From Alphaproteobacteria bacterium (lineage in GTDB: Bacteria > Pseudomonadota > Alphaproteobacteria > UBA8366), in assembly GCA_041557595.1 (NCBI GenBank), contig JBFFGE010000002.1, positions 9,047 to 73,046 on the forward strand: 64,000 bases of DNA. Direction: 5' to 3'. Below are positions 47,744 to 57,458 of this stretch, piece after piece. The position numbers and the translations under genes are program-made. How positions within the stretch are numbered: the stretch's first letter is position 1; each line of letters begins with the position of its first letter. A model generated the notes under the pieces. It saw only the letters and a program-made list of their open reading frames with translations. It made no database searches and had not been told where the DNA came from.

Positions 47744-48898
47744 TTGAGAGAACTATTAACGGAACTTGATCCGCAGCTCGTGCTCGTCGGTGCGGCGTGC
47801 CTGGTGGCGCTGCTGGCCGCCGTCGCGGCGTTTCTGTCGCGCCGCCGGTCGCATGATGACATGACGCACCGGTTGGCCGAAGCGCAGGCCGTGCTCGCCG
47901 ATCGGCTCAGCCAATTGGCCGATGCGGTTGCGACGGGCCAAAACATGGTCGGCGAACGCCTGCAGGTCCAGGAACGCGCCCTCACCAAGACATTGGACGA
48001 GCGGTTGGCCGATGTCGGCCGGCGAATCGGCGATTCCCTGCAGAAACAGGCGATCGACAGCGCCAATACGATGGGCGACCTGAAGGAGCGGCTGGCCATC
48101 ATCGGAAAGGCGCAGGAAAACATCACCAAGCTCTCCGCGGATGTGGTGAACCTTCAGGAGGTGTTGTCCAACAAACAATCCCGCGGCGCCTTCGGCGAGA
48201 GTCAACTGTCCGACCAGGTGCGCAATGCATTGCCGCCGTCGGCTTACGTTTTTCAGGCTTCGCTGAGCAACAAGACCCGGGTCGATTGCTTGCTGACGCT
48301 GCCGAATCCGCCGGGCCCCATCGCGATCGACGCGAAGTTTCCGCTCGAAAGCTTTCATTTGCTGCGCAAGGCGGAAACGCCCGTGGAACGGACCGCCGCG
48401 CGGCGCGCCTTCGCCGGGGATGTCCTGAAACACGTCAACGATATTGCGAGCAAGTACATCCTGCCGGGTGAAACCGCGGATTCCGCACTGATGTTTCTGC
48501 CGTCCGAGGCGGTCTATGCGGAGTTGCACGCGGAATTGCCCGAGGTGGTGGAGAAATCCCATCGGGCGCACGTCTATATCGTCTCGCCGACCACGCTCAT
48601 GGCGACGCTGAACACGATCCGGGCGGTGTTGAAGGATGCCCAGATGCGCGAACAGGCGGGTCTGATCCAGAAGGAAGTGATCGCCTTGAACGACGATGTG
48701 GGGCGTCTCGATGGTCGGGTCGGGAATCTGTTGCGCCATTTCGGACAAGCCGAGGCGGATTTGCGGCAAATTCGCATTTCGACCGAAAAGGTCCAAAAAC
48801 GCGCCCTGCGCATTCAGGAAGTCGATCTCAGCGACGACGAAGACGACACCGTGACGGAACTGCCGGCCAGCCCGCGGGCCGTGTTGGAAGGCGATTGA
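47744..48898 (+). CDS. rmuC: DNA recombination protein RmuC
   Basis: The ORF has an N-terminal TM and coiled coil, then the RmuC nuclease-like C-terminus (DAKFPLE...MFLPSEA). The start codon is TTG. Confidence 0.85.
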   Translation: MRELLTELDPQLVLVGAACLVALLAAVAAFLSRRRSHDDMTHRLAEAQAVLADRLSQLADAVATGQNMVGERLQVQERALTKTLDERLADVGRRIGDSLQKQAIDSANTMGDLKERLAIIGKAQENITKLSADVVNLQEVLSNKQSRGAFGESQLSDQVRNALPPSAYVFQASLSNKTRVDCLLTLPNPPGPIAIDAKFPLESFHLLRKAETPVERTAARRAFAGDVLKHVNDIASKYILPGETADSALMFLPSEAVYAELHAELPEVVEKSHRAHVYIVSPTTLMATLNTIRAVLKDAQMREQAGLIQKEVIALNDDVGRLDGRVGNLLRHFGQAEADLRQIRISTEKVQKRALRIQEVDLSDDEDDTVTELPASPRAVLEGD

Positions 48899-48908
48899 CG
48901 CGCCGGCC

Positions 48909-50387
48909 TTACAGCTGGACGCGCGCCTTGTAGCTGAGCGTCGTCTTGCCCTGCGCCGGAACGGTCAAGTGCCATTCCGCACGATCCGACGCCGGTTTCG
49001 CGTGTTTCGCCGAACTGGAGACGATTGTCCAATCGCCGGGAATCCGCTCTTCCAAGACCACCGTGACCGGGTTTTCCGTGGCGTTGCGAACCTCGATTTC
49101 GTGATCCGCTTCATAGGTGTTCTTGGGCAGCCCCTGCTTACGGAAATCTTTCTGTCTGCGGGTTGCCGTGATGTCGAAGGCGCGGCCGAGTTTCAGCTCG
49201 ATGGATTCGCCGCTGGCGGTGTGCGGCAGGCCGTCTTCGCCGAGGAATATCGTCGCCGCCTTGCGGGCGCCGCTATAGACCCGGACCGTGCCGGCCGGCA
49301 TCGGCACGCCGAGACCGTCGGATTTGCCGTTTCTGAAGCGGAGAATCGTTTCCGCATTGACGACCAGGGCATTGCCGAACCGGCGCGTATAGAATGTGCC
49401 GTCGCCGAGGATCCGGTACTCCTTGGCGACCGGCACCTTGGGTGCCCGGAACAACGTGATTTGCTTGGTCTCGCGATCACCGATCGACGCCTCCCGATCG
49501 ACCGGATAGAAGTGCAAATCGGACACCTGCTGCGGTTCGGCGCGGCCGCCGACCGCAGCCACATTTTTAGCGGCCAATGCGCGCACATTGGGCCGGGTCG
49601 TTGACTGCCGCCGGTTGACTTGCCCCGCAACGAGGCGGAGCGTCGCCTTTTTGTAAGAGATGCCGCTGTTATTGGTGATCGTGGCGACGCCCTGCAGCGC
49701 GATCGCTGTTTCTTCCGCATTCAGTTCGGCGATGTAGTCCGCCTGCCAGGTAATGCCGCTCGTCAGATACCGAATATCGACACGGGCGGTCGTCGCCGCC
49801 GCGCTGCGCAGGGAGGCCAGCAGGGTCGGGCGTTCGCGCAGCGTTTTCGGCAACGCCTTGAAGGCGAGCCGCCCGGGTATCCCGGTCTCGATCTTGTCGC
49901 CGATTTTCAAGACCACGCCGTTGCGCGTGCTCAGCACGGTCGCGGCGACCAGGCTTTCCTTGCCCGTGGTCGGGTGCGTCTTGATGATGTGGACATTGCG
50001 GCCGACGGAATGCTTGAGCAGCGCTTCCGGCGTCAACAGATCGAATGCGAAGGTTTGTTCGATCAAGGTGACGGGCTGTTTCGCGCGCGCGGTCACCGCG
50101 GCGGTCGCTGGCTGCATCGACGGGCTGACGCCCGACAGGGCCAGATCATTGACGCCTTTTTTCAATTTGACGCGGCGTTGGTCCTGTATCAGCGCAAGGT
50201 TACCGTTGTAAATCGTGAGATCGAGTCGTGTCCGGGCCGCCTGCGAAACGGTCTGTTCCGGCTGTTGCGCCATCGCCGGGCCGGCAGCGGCGATCAGCAC
50301 GGCGAGAATTGCCCATGCGATCGGCCTGTGAATTGGCCTGTGGATTGGCCCGTGACGACGGGTAAGAGGTGCGAACTTTGGCGCCAT
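48909..50387 (-). CDS. DUF4139 (MuiA-like) domain protein with signal peptide
   Basis: The 492-aa ORF has the motif DLTIYNGNLALIQDQR and a beta-rich body typical of DUF4139/TIGR02231. Confidence 0.7.
   Translation of the reverse strand: MAPKFAPLTRRHGPIHRPIHRPIAWAILAVLIAAAGPAMAQQPEQTVSQAARTRLDLTIYNGNLALIQDQRRVKLKKGVNDLALSGVSPSMQPATAAVTARAKQPVTLIEQTFAFDLLTPEALLKHSVGRNVHIIKTHPTTGKESLVAATVLSTRNGVVLKIGDKIETGIPGRLAFKALPKTLRERPTLLASLRSAAATTARVDIRYLTSGITWQADYIAELNAEETAIALQGVATITNNSGISYKKATLRLVAGQVNRRQSTTRPNVRALAAKNVAAVGGRAEPQQVSDLHFYPVDREASIGDRETKQITLFRAPKVPVAKEYRILGDGTFYTRRFGNALVVNAETILRFRNGKSDGLGVPMPAGTVRVYSGARKAATIFLGEDGLPHTASGESIELKLGRAFDITATRRQKDFRKQGLPKNTYEADHEIEVRNATENPVTVVLEERIPGDWTIVSSSAKHAKPASDRAEWHLTVPAQGKTTLSYKARVQL
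50323..50358. repeat. degenerating 12-nt tandem repeat (about 3 units) inside the DUF4139 N-terminal coding region
   Basis: The units are ggcctgtgaatt, ggcctgtggatt and ggcccgtgacga. They encode the HRPI-HRPI-HGP stretch before the signal peptide. Confidence 0.6.
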
Positions 50388-50566
50388 GTGTATGTCTTTC
50401 TCCGCCCCGTGGACCGGGGCCGCTGTGCTTCCGATTCCGGTGGGTAGACTATTCGATCATCGCCGCGCCGACGAGGAAATTGGCGATCAATTTTGCCGCT
50501 CCCGGAAGCGTTCGGTAGCGCCGGGCCAACGCGGGATCGACGTCGCGCCAGGAAGCGGCAAGATTG

Positions 50567-51079
50567 CTATCGGTCGGACCGCGCGAGGATTACCGCGTCT
50601 GGCGGCGGCTCCGTCACATGATCGTAGTTGGCGAAATGAAATGGCGACGACCGGGCGTATCCTTCGAACAGGACGTGCCGGCCGCCGCCGGCAGTCGTTC
50701 GGACGGCGTGGCTGCCGGCGCAGGGCCCGCCGTCCAGCGGTTCCACCCGGCCGCCCAGCATGACCGCCACCAGCTGATGGCCGCCGCATATCGCCAGCAG
50801 GGATCGGCCGGTCTGCCGGTACTCGTGGAGCCATTCCACGGTTGCGCGCTGCCATGGCAGGCCTTCATGGACCGAATGCCAACTGCCGCCGACAATGACC
50901 GCATCGGCATGTTCCGGCGCCGGCAGCGGCGCTCCCCGGCACACCGCTGCGCCGTGCAGATCGACCCGCTCGTCCAGCGCCAGATCCCGCAGGCAAAGGC
51001 GGAACCAGTGAACCTCATCGTCGCCGCTGGGTTGGCCGGCATAGAGCGTCGGGTCGTAGCGGCCCGGCGCGCCGAGCAT
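50567..51079 (-). CDS. class I glutamine amidotransferase-like protein, probably degenerate
   Basis: The nucleophile elbow LAICGGHQL is present but no QFHPE-type His/Glu motif. The ancestral-looking N-terminus LKRLLFIS starts at a CTG, and the C-terminal tail continues in another frame. Confidence 0.5.
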   Translation of the reverse strand: MLGAPGRYDPTLYAGQPSGDDEVHWFRLCLRDLALDERVDLHGAAVCRGAPLPAPEHADAVIVGGSWHSVHEGLPWQRATVEWLHEYRQTGRSLLAICGGHQLVAVMLGGRVEPLDGGPCAGSHAVRTTAGGGRHVLFEGYARSSPFHFANYDHVTEPPPDAVILARSDR

Positions 51080-51099
51080 GGATATGAAGAGCAGGCGTT

Positions 51100-51693
51100 T
51101 CAGTCTTGCACCGTGCGCCGCGCCCGCAGCGCGGCTGTCAGCGTACCGTCATCCAGGTAATCGAGTTCGCCGCCGACCGGCACGCCATGCGCCAGCCGCG
51201 TAACCGCGACTCCGGTCGGGGCCAGCCGCTCGGCGAGATAATGCGCCGTCGTTTGGCCGTCCACCGTGAGGTTGGTCGCGAGGATAACTTCCGTTACCGC
51301 CGCGTCGGCGGCGCGGTCGACCAGCGTGCCGATATTGAGGTCTTCCGGTCCGATACCGTCGAGGGCGGATAGATGGCCGCCGAGAACGTGATAGCGCCCC
51401 TTGAAGGACCCGGTCCGCTCGAGCGCCCAAAGATCCGCGACCTCCTCCAGCACGCAAATCAAGGCGGGGTCGCGTTTGTGGTCCAGGCAAATGCCGCAAG
51501 GGTCCGCGGTATCGAGATTGCCGCATTGGGAGCATGTCCGCACGCTGCGCGCGACCTGATCCAGCGACCGGGTAAGCGGCTCCATCAGGCTTTCGCGCTT
51601 CTTGAGCAAATGCAGCGCCGCCCGGCGCGCCGACCGGGGGCCAAGCCCCGGCAGGCGCGCCAGGAGTTGTATCAGGCGTTCGACTTCGGTCAT
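51100..51693 (-). CDS. recR: recombination protein RecR
   Basis: The start was trimmed to [25 protein letters not shown] Cys4 zinc finger (CSQCGN...CGIC) and a Toprim domain are present. Confidence 0.92.
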   Translation of the reverse strand: MTEVERLIQLLARLPGLGPRSARRAALHLLKKRESLMEPLTRSLDQVARSVRTCSQCGNLDTADPCGICLDHKRDPALICVLEEVADLWALERTGSFKGRYHVLGGHLSALDGIGPEDLNIGTLVDRAADAAVTEVILATNLTVDGQTTAHYLAERLAPTGVAVTRLAHGVPVGGELDYLDDGTLTAALRARRTVQD

Positions 51694-51706
51694 CGGGGGT
51701 GTGCGC

Positions 51707-52030
51707 TCAAAACGGCAGTTTGAAGCCCGGGGGCAATTGCAGCCCGCCCATAAGCGACGCCGTCTCTTCCTGAACTTTCGTTTCGAGCTTGGCTTTGGCA
51801 TCGCCATACGCCGCGACGATCAGGTCTTCAAGAATTTCCATCTCGTCCGGCTTGGCCAGTGCCGGATCGATCTTGATACTGCGAATCGCGCCTTTGCCGT
51901 TCAACGTGATCGCGACCATGCCGCCGCCGGCATTGCCCTCGATCTCGATGAATTCGAGCTTTTCCTGCATCTCGGCCATCTTGGTCTGCATTTCCTGAGC
52001 CTGCTTCATGAGTTGGCCAAGGTTTTTCAT
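51707..52030 (-). CDS. ybaB: nucleoid-associated protein YbaB/EbfC
   Basis: The 107-aa ORF begins [22 protein letters not shown]... It sits between dnaX and recR. Confidence 0.92.
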   Translation of the reverse strand: MKNLGQLMKQAQEMQTKMAEMQEKLEFIEIEGNAGGGMVAITLNGKGAIRSIKIDPALAKPDEMEILEDLIVAAYGDAKAKLETKVQEETASLMGGLQLPPGFKLPF

Positions 52031-52033
52031 TCA

Positions 52034-53797
52034 CTATTCCTTTTCATCCGCAAGAAGGAGGTCGATTTCATCGACGGCATCGTCATCCATATCGTCCGGT
52101 GCGGCCTCGAGACCAGCCATCTGGTCGGGCGCCCGCGGCGTGACCTTTCGAATCGTGGCGCCGGGGAAGGCGGCCTTTACCGCTTGCACCAGCGCCAGGG
52201 ATTCCGCCGCGTCGACGCGCTGCCGCTCTTCCGCGGCCGCTTGCTCGGCCAGAGTCGGATCGCCGGAGTCCTGGGAAACGCTCACGACCCAGCGTTCGCC
52301 GGTCCAGTTGGTAAGCATGCTCGCGGTGTTGCTGGCGAGATCGCGCGGGGCGTGTTGGTTTGGGCGGATTTCGATGCGGCCGCGCTCGAAGTGAACCAGA
52401 TGGACGTTATTGTAGAGTTGCGCGCGTACGCCGACCTCGCGGCGGGCCTGGAACAATTCGACCGCTTCGCGGAAACTTTGCGGTATCAGCGCCGAGGCGG
52501 GCGCACTTTCCGTCTGGGCGGCCGGCGCCGGGTCGGCGATAGCCGCGACCGGTCCGCCGGCACCGGCGGCGCTTGCGCTGCCGTTGGATGCGCCCGGCGG
52601 CTCCGTTGGCGCGGGCGCCGGTTTCCCGGCCGGGGCCGCATCCGGCCGTGCCAGCGTGCTCGGCGGCGGCAGCTCGGTCGCAAATGCGAGGCGCACCAGC
52701 ACCATTTCGGCCGCCTGCAGCGGTGCCTGCGCGCGCTGGGTCTCCTCGAGTCCGCGCAGCAGCATTTGCCAGGTTCGCGTGAGGATGGGCATGCTCAGTT
52801 TTGCCGCCATCTCGCCGCCCTGGGTCCGTTCCACTTCGGGCGTGTAATTGGCTTCGGCGACTTCCGGCGCGATCTTGATCCGGGTAATCCAATAGGTGAC
52901 GTCGAGCAGGTCCTGGACCACAGCAACCGGATCCGCCCCGTCGCGGTACAACGACTGCATTTGCCCGAGAACGGCCTTGATATCGCCGGCCATCAATTTG
53001 TCGAACAGGTCGAAGACGGCCGTGCGGTCGGCAAGCCCGAGCATGCCGCGCACCTGCTCGGCGGTGACCGTGCCGGCGCCGAGCGCGATGCCCTGGTCGA
53101 GCAGGGAGAGGCCGTCGCGCACCGAGCCGTCGGCGGCGCGGGCGATCAGGCGGATCGCCTCTTCTTCCGTTTTGACGTCCTCGCGCGCGGCGATGTCTTC
53201 GAAATGCTGGGCCAACTCGGCGGTATCGAGGCGCCGCAGATCGAATCGCTGGCAGCGCGAGAGGACGGTCACCGGCACTTTGCGAATTTCCGTGGTCGCG
53301 AAAATAAACCGGACATGCTCCGGCGGTTCTTCCAGCGTCTTGAGCAGCGCATTGAAGGCGTTCTTCGAGAGCATGTGCACTTCGTCGATGATATAGACCT
53401 TGAAGCGCGCCGAGGCCGGGCGGTAGCGCACGCCGTCGATCAGCTCCCGGATGTCGTCGACTCCGGTGCGGCTGGCTGCGTCCATTTCCATGACGTCGAC
53501 ATGGCGGTCTTCGGCGATGGCAACGCAGTGGTCGCAGACGCCGCAAGGCGCGATGGTAATGCCGCCGGTGCCGTCCGCACCGACGCAGTTGAGCGCGCGG
53601 GCGATGATCCGGGCCGTCGTCGTTTTGCCGACGCCGCGCACTCCGGTCAGCATATAGGCATGCGCGATCCGGCCGCTTTCGATGGCATTCGACAGCGTTC
53701 GGACCAGAGCGTCCTGGCCGATCAATTCGTCGAAAGTGCTCGGCCGGTATTTCCGGGCGAGGACGCGGTAGGCGTCGGTATTAGTGTCCGTTGCCAT
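52034..53797 (-). CDS. dnaX: DNA polymerase III subunit gamma/tau
   Basis: The AAA+ motifs (GVRGVGKTTTARI, IIDEVHML), a zinc module and an Ala/Pro-rich linker are present. Confidence 0.93.
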   Translation of the reverse strand: MATDTNTDAYRVLARKYRPSTFDELIGQDALVRTLSNAIESGRIAHAYMLTGVRGVGKTTTARIIARALNCVGADGTGGITIAPCGVCDHCVAIAEDRHVDVMEMDAASRTGVDDIRELIDGVRYRPASARFKVYIIDEVHMLSKNAFNALLKTLEEPPEHVRFIFATTEIRKVPVTVLSRCQRFDLRRLDTAELAQHFEDIAAREDVKTEEEAIRLIARAADGSVRDGLSLLDQGIALGAGTVTAEQVRGMLGLADRTAVFDLFDKLMAGDIKAVLGQMQSLYRDGADPVAVVQDLLDVTYWITRIKIAPEVAEANYTPEVERTQGGEMAAKLSMPILTRTWQMLLRGLEETQRAQAPLQAAEMVLVRLAFATELPPPSTLARPDAAPAGKPAPAPTEPPGASNGSASAAGAGGPVAAIADPAPAAQTESAPASALIPQSFREAVELFQARREVGVRAQLYNNVHLVHFERGRIEIRPNQHAPRDLASNTASMLTNWTGERWVVSVSQDSGDPTLAEQAAAEERQRVDAAESLALVQAVKAAFPGATIRKVTPRAPDQMAGLEAAPDDMDDDAVDEIDLLLADEKE

Positions 53798-53848
53798 GAG
53801 GCGGGACTTTTCTCTCGTTGCGAATCCTGCTGCGGGCTCCCTTTATCG

Positions 53849-53948
53849 GGTGGAAGACTGGACCCACGACCCGAACCTGACTCGTTACGGCTGCTTCCTT
53901 CCGGATCTGACCGGGTTGGCGAGGGACTCGTCCGCAAGCCAGCCTTCC
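53849..53948 (-). ncRNA. ffs: signal recognition particle RNA (4.5S, small bacterial type)
   Basis: The minus strand contains GGTCAGATCCGGAAGGAAGCAGCC, the conserved domain IV motif. The terminal helix pairs GGAAGGCTGG with CCAGTCTTCC. A TATATT -10-like box lies just upstream. The position directly upstream of dnaX is canonical. The ends are approximate. Confidence 0.8.
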
Positions 53949-54050
53949 GCGGCCAATATAGCAGTCAGCGCCCCGCCCTTGCCAACAAGAGTCTCGGGCC
54001 TGCGGGCTGGAAGTTGCACGGCCGGAACAACCGTGCCAATTTTGCCGCCC

Positions 54051-54959
54051 ATGACCATGCGACGGCCTAACATCTATGCCGATTTCGTGATCGATCGCGC
54101 CGGACACCTGCGGCGCGACGATGACTGGCTCGACAACTGCTTGCGGGACGCGGCAAGCCGGCTCATCCCGGTTTGGCGGACGCACAGCCTTGTGCGGACC
54201 GGTGCGGAAGCGCCGGAAAGCGTGGTCCTGCCGATGGATCCGGCAATCGCTTCGCAATCGAGCCTGGTGGTCTTTCTGGGGCTGGTAGAAGACGTGCCGC
54301 ATTTTGCCGTCGACCTGTCCGACCATGAACAACCGCCGCTGCGCGAGCATGGCGAATTCACCGATTTGCGCCGGGTCGGTCAATTCATGGCGCCGGGCGA
54401 AGGCGGCTTGCTGGCCTATGCCCGGGCGATGATGAACTGGCACGCGCGGCATCGCTTCTGCAGCGCCTGCGGCGGCCCCACTGAAATCAGGGATGCCGGT
54501 CATGTACTGCGGTGTTCCAATGCCGAGTGCGGAACGCTTTGCTTCCCGCGCACCGATCCCGCCGTGATCATGCTGGTGCATGACGGCGGCGACCGGGTGG
54601 TATTGGGGCGCAAGGCCAATATGCTGCCGGGTCAGCACTCGATCCTCGCCGGCTTCGTTGAGCCGGGCGAGAGCCTGGAAGATGCGGTTGCCCGCGAGGT
54701 GTTCGAGGAAGTCGGCTTGCGCATCACCGACACGATCTACCATTCTTCGCAACCCTGGCCGTTTCCGGCGAACATCATGCTCGGCTTTACCGCCCGGGCG
54801 ACGACCTTCGATCTTGATGTCGACTATCACGAGCTGGAGGACGGCGCGCGCTGGTTCAGCCGCGACGAACTGCGCAATTCGCCGGAAGACGCGACCCTGC
54901 GCCTGCCCCGGAAGGACTCGATATCGCGCCGCCTGATCGACGAGTGGCTCGAAGAGTAG
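54051..54959 (+). CDS. nudC: NAD(+) diphosphatase (NUDIX, NudC type)
   Basis: The start was trimmed to MTMRRPNIY. A zinc ribbon (CSACGG...CSNAEC) and the Nudix box (GFVEPGESLEDAVAREVFEEVG) are present. Confidence 0.88.
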   Translation: MTMRRPNIYADFVIDRAGHLRRDDDWLDNCLRDAASRLIPVWRTHSLVRTGAEAPESVVLPMDPAIASQSSLVVFLGLVEDVPHFAVDLSDHEQPPLREHGEFTDLRRVGQFMAPGEGGLLAYARAMMNWHARHRFCSACGGPTEIRDAGHVLRCSNAECGTLCFPRTDPAVIMLVHDGGDRVVLGRKANMLPGQHSILAGFVEPGESLEDAVAREVFEEVGLRITDTIYHSSQPWPFPANIMLGFTARATTFDLDVDYHELEDGARWFSRDELRNSPEDATLRLPRKDSISRRLIDEWLEE

Positions 54960-54976
54960 GGCGGTCTAGGGCAGGT

Positions 54977-55041
54977 TATCTTTATAGAATCGATCAACTT
55001 TTCGGCCTTTAATTGATTCCGATTAAGGCAGGTTGATCTAG
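54977..55041 (+). repeat. intergenic repeat family 2, copy D2
   Basis: This copy is near-identical to 26318-26383. It fills the convergent gap between nudC and pheA. Its terminal CTAG supplies the pheA TAG stop (55038-55040). Confidence 0.8.
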
Positions 55042-55898
55042 TCGCCCGAATCCGTGCCGCGATGCGGCGATGCCGGATAGACCCCTAATATCGTGACCTC
55101 GCGGCTGAAAAAGCCGAGTTCTTCCAGCGCCAGACGCACGGATGTCTGGTCCGGGTGGCCTTCGATATCGGCGTAGAACTGTGTCGCGGTGAATTGGCCG
55201 CGCACCATGTAGGATTCGAGTTTGGTCATGTTGACACCGTTCGTGGCGAAGCCGCCAAGCGCCTTGTAGAGCGCCGCCGGCACGTTGCGCACGCGGAAGA
55301 CGAAGGAGGTCACGACGATGCCGTCGTCGGGATCGGGGTCGATCGGATCGCGCGCCATGATGATGAAGCGGGTGGTGTTGTGGTCTTCGTCTTCGATATT
55401 GGTGCGCAGTATTTTGAGATCGTAGATTTCCGCCGCGAGCGTCGATGCGATGGCGGCGAAGGATTTGTCGCGCTTCTCCGACAATTCCTTGGCGGCGCCG
55501 GCGGTGTCCGCGTGGACCACGGGACGGACGCCGAGGTCCCGGATGATGTTTCGGCACTGCGACAGGGCATGAACATGGCTGTGCACGGTCGCCACGTCGT
55601 CCAGGGTCGCGCTTTTGAGGCCCAACAACTGGTGGTTCACCCGCTGGAAGTGCTCGGCGATGATGTGCAGATTGGATCTTGGCAACAGATGATGGATGTC
55701 CGCGACCCGCCCGGCGACCGAATTCTCGATCGGAATCATCGCCAGCCGCGCGGCGCCGTCATGCACCGCGGCGAAGACATCCTCGAACGCATTGCACGGC
55801 AGTGTTTCCATGTCCGGAAAGACGGTGCGGCAGGCCAAATCGGAATACGCGCCCGGAAGGCCTTGAAAGGCAATCAGGTTTTCGGTGTTGGTCGCCAT
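55038..55898 (-). CDS. pheA: prephenate dehydratase
   Basis: The start was trimmed to MATNTENLIAFQGLPGAYS. The PDT domain is followed by an ACT domain with the ESRP-like region. Confidence 0.9.
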   Translation of the reverse strand: MATNTENLIAFQGLPGAYSDLACRTVFPDMETLPCNAFEDVFAAVHDGAARLAMIPIENSVAGRVADIHHLLPRSNLHIIAEHFQRVNHQLLGLKSATLDDVATVHSHVHALSQCRNIIRDLGVRPVVHADTAGAAKELSEKRDKSFAAIASTLAAEIYDLKILRTNIEDEDHNTTRFIIMARDPIDPDPDDGIVVTSFVFRVRNVPAALYKALGGFATNGVNMTKLESYMVRGQFTATQFYADIEGHPDQTSVRLALEELGFFSREVTILGVYPASPHRGTDSGD

Positions 55899-55929
55899 TT
55901 TTGAGGAACCGCGTGTTGGGAATCTCGTT

Positions 55930-56673
55930 TCAGCGCGCGAGAATTTTGCGGGCGCGTTCAAGGTCGGCCGGAGTATCGACACCGAGCGGAACCGTGTCAA
56001 CGAGCGCCACGTCGATCCGCATGCCGGCTTCGAGCGCGCGCAATTGCTCGAGCTTTTCGCGCCTCTCGAGAATGCCGGGCGGCAGCGCGACGAACCGGTC
56101 GAGCGCGGCGCGCCGATAGGCGTAGAGGCCGATATGGTGATACAGCGGCCCGTCGCCGGAGGGCGCCGTGGCGCGGGTGAAATAGAGTGCGCGGCCGCGC
56201 CGTTCCCCCGCCGCCAGGCCGACCACCGCCTTCACCACATTGGGATTGTCTCGTTCTTCCGCGCGGGTGATTTCCGCAGCGATTGTCGCGATATCCACAG
56301 CCTCGTCACCGAGCGGCGCGAGCGCCGCGCGGATCGCCGCCGGCTCGATGGTCGGCAGGTCGCCTTGCACGTTGATCACCGCGTCATGATCGCCCTTCGG
56401 ATCGATCGCGGACAGCGCTGCGTGAATCCGGTCCGACCCGGACGGCAGGTCCGGATCGGTCAAAACCGCCTCGCCGCCGGCTTCGGTGACCGCGTCGACG
56501 ATCGCCTGTTCCGCCGCCGCGATCACGACCCGGCCGATCCCGGCCTCCATGGACCGGCGCCAGACCTGCACGATCATCGGTTGGCCGGCGATGTCGGCCA
56601 GGGGCTTGTCCGGCAAGCGGGTCGAAGCGAGGCGGGCGGGTATCAGGATGATGGGTTGGCGCGGCGTGGGCAT
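55930..56673 (-). CDS. kdsB: 3-deoxy-manno-octulosonate cytidylyltransferase
   Basis: The N-terminus is [17 protein letters not shown] and the product is 247 aa. Confidence 0.92.
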   Translation of the reverse strand: MPTPRQPIILIPARLASTRLPDKPLADIAGQPMIVQVWRRSMEAGIGRVVIAAAEQAIVDAVTEAGGEAVLTDPDLPSGSDRIHAALSAIDPKGDHDAVINVQGDLPTIEPAAIRAALAPLGDEAVDIATIAAEITRAEERDNPNVVKAVVGLAAGERRGRALYFTRATAPSGDGPLYHHIGLYAYRRAALDRFVALPPGILERREKLEQLRALEAGMRIDVALVDTVPLGVDTPADLERARKILAR

Positions 56674-56884
56674 GGAGGGCGATTCGCGATGGTTTTCAGG
56701 TGTTTTCGGCGTATTTGCCGGGTGAAATTACTGCGTCATATTGCCGCGCGGGACGGCGCTGGCTATGGCATTACAGCCCATTGGTATAGGTTACGCCAGC
56801 CGCTTTTCGGTGCCGCGCCTTGGACATGCCATCTGATGCGCGGTTTTGTCGATGTGTTCGGAAATTGCGTTCGGGGTTTTGACG

Positions 56885-57433
56885 ATGGGGAACGACCCGC
56901 TACTGGTAAACAAGATTGCCGCCGGCCTTCTCTGCGCCGGCATCCTCGCCTTGGGGGTCTCGCTAATTTCCCAGCAGATCTTTCTTCGGGCGCCCCAGAC
57001 CAAGCAAGCCTATGCAATCGCCGAGGGCGAAGTCAGCGTCGCGTCGGCGACGGAATCCGCGTCAAAGCCTGCAGGGCCGGGCGAAGTCGCGCCGATGCTG
57101 GCGAAGGCGGATGTCGCGAGCGGCCAGAAAGTGGCGAAGAAATGCACGTCCTGTCATACCCTCGAAAAAGGCGGGAAGAACAAGATCGGGCCGAACCTCT
57201 GGGACACCGTCGGAAGCAAGCAGGCGGGCGCGGACGGATACAGCTACTCCAGCGCGCTCAAGGGATTGGGCGGCGCCTGGAGCTACGAAGATCTGAACAA
57301 GTTCCTGTACAAGCCGAAGGACTATGTGAAGGGCACGAAGATGACCTTCGCCGGCCTCAAGAGCGCGCAAGACCGCGCCGATTTGATCGCCTACCTCCGG
57401 ACGTTGAGCGACAACCCGAAACCGATGCCGTAA
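56885..57433 (+). CDS. membrane-anchored class I cytochrome c (CycM-like)
   Basis: The ORF has an N-terminal TM, an Ala/Pro linker and the heme motif CTSCHT followed by a distal Met (KMTFAG). The ATG at 56885 was chosen inside ORF 56846-57433. Confidence 0.8.
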   Translation: MGNDPLLVNKIAAGLLCAGILALGVSLISQQIFLRAPQTKQAYAIAEGEVSVASATESASKPAGPGEVAPMLAKADVASGQKVAKKCTSCHTLEKGGKNKIGPNLWDTVGSKQAGADGYSYSSALKGLGGAWSYEDLNKFLYKPKDYVKGTKMTFAGLKSAQDRADLIAYLRTLSDNPKPMP

Positions 57434-57458
57434 GGCGCGCCCCAAGGGGGGCGCATTC

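Noticed and set aside
52034-53797. I looked for a programmed -1 frameshift site in dnaX (the gamma/tau mechanism known from E. coli).
   Set aside because: Scanning the coding strand by eye found no A-AAA-AAG-type slippery heptamer. I therefore make no claim of frameshifting.
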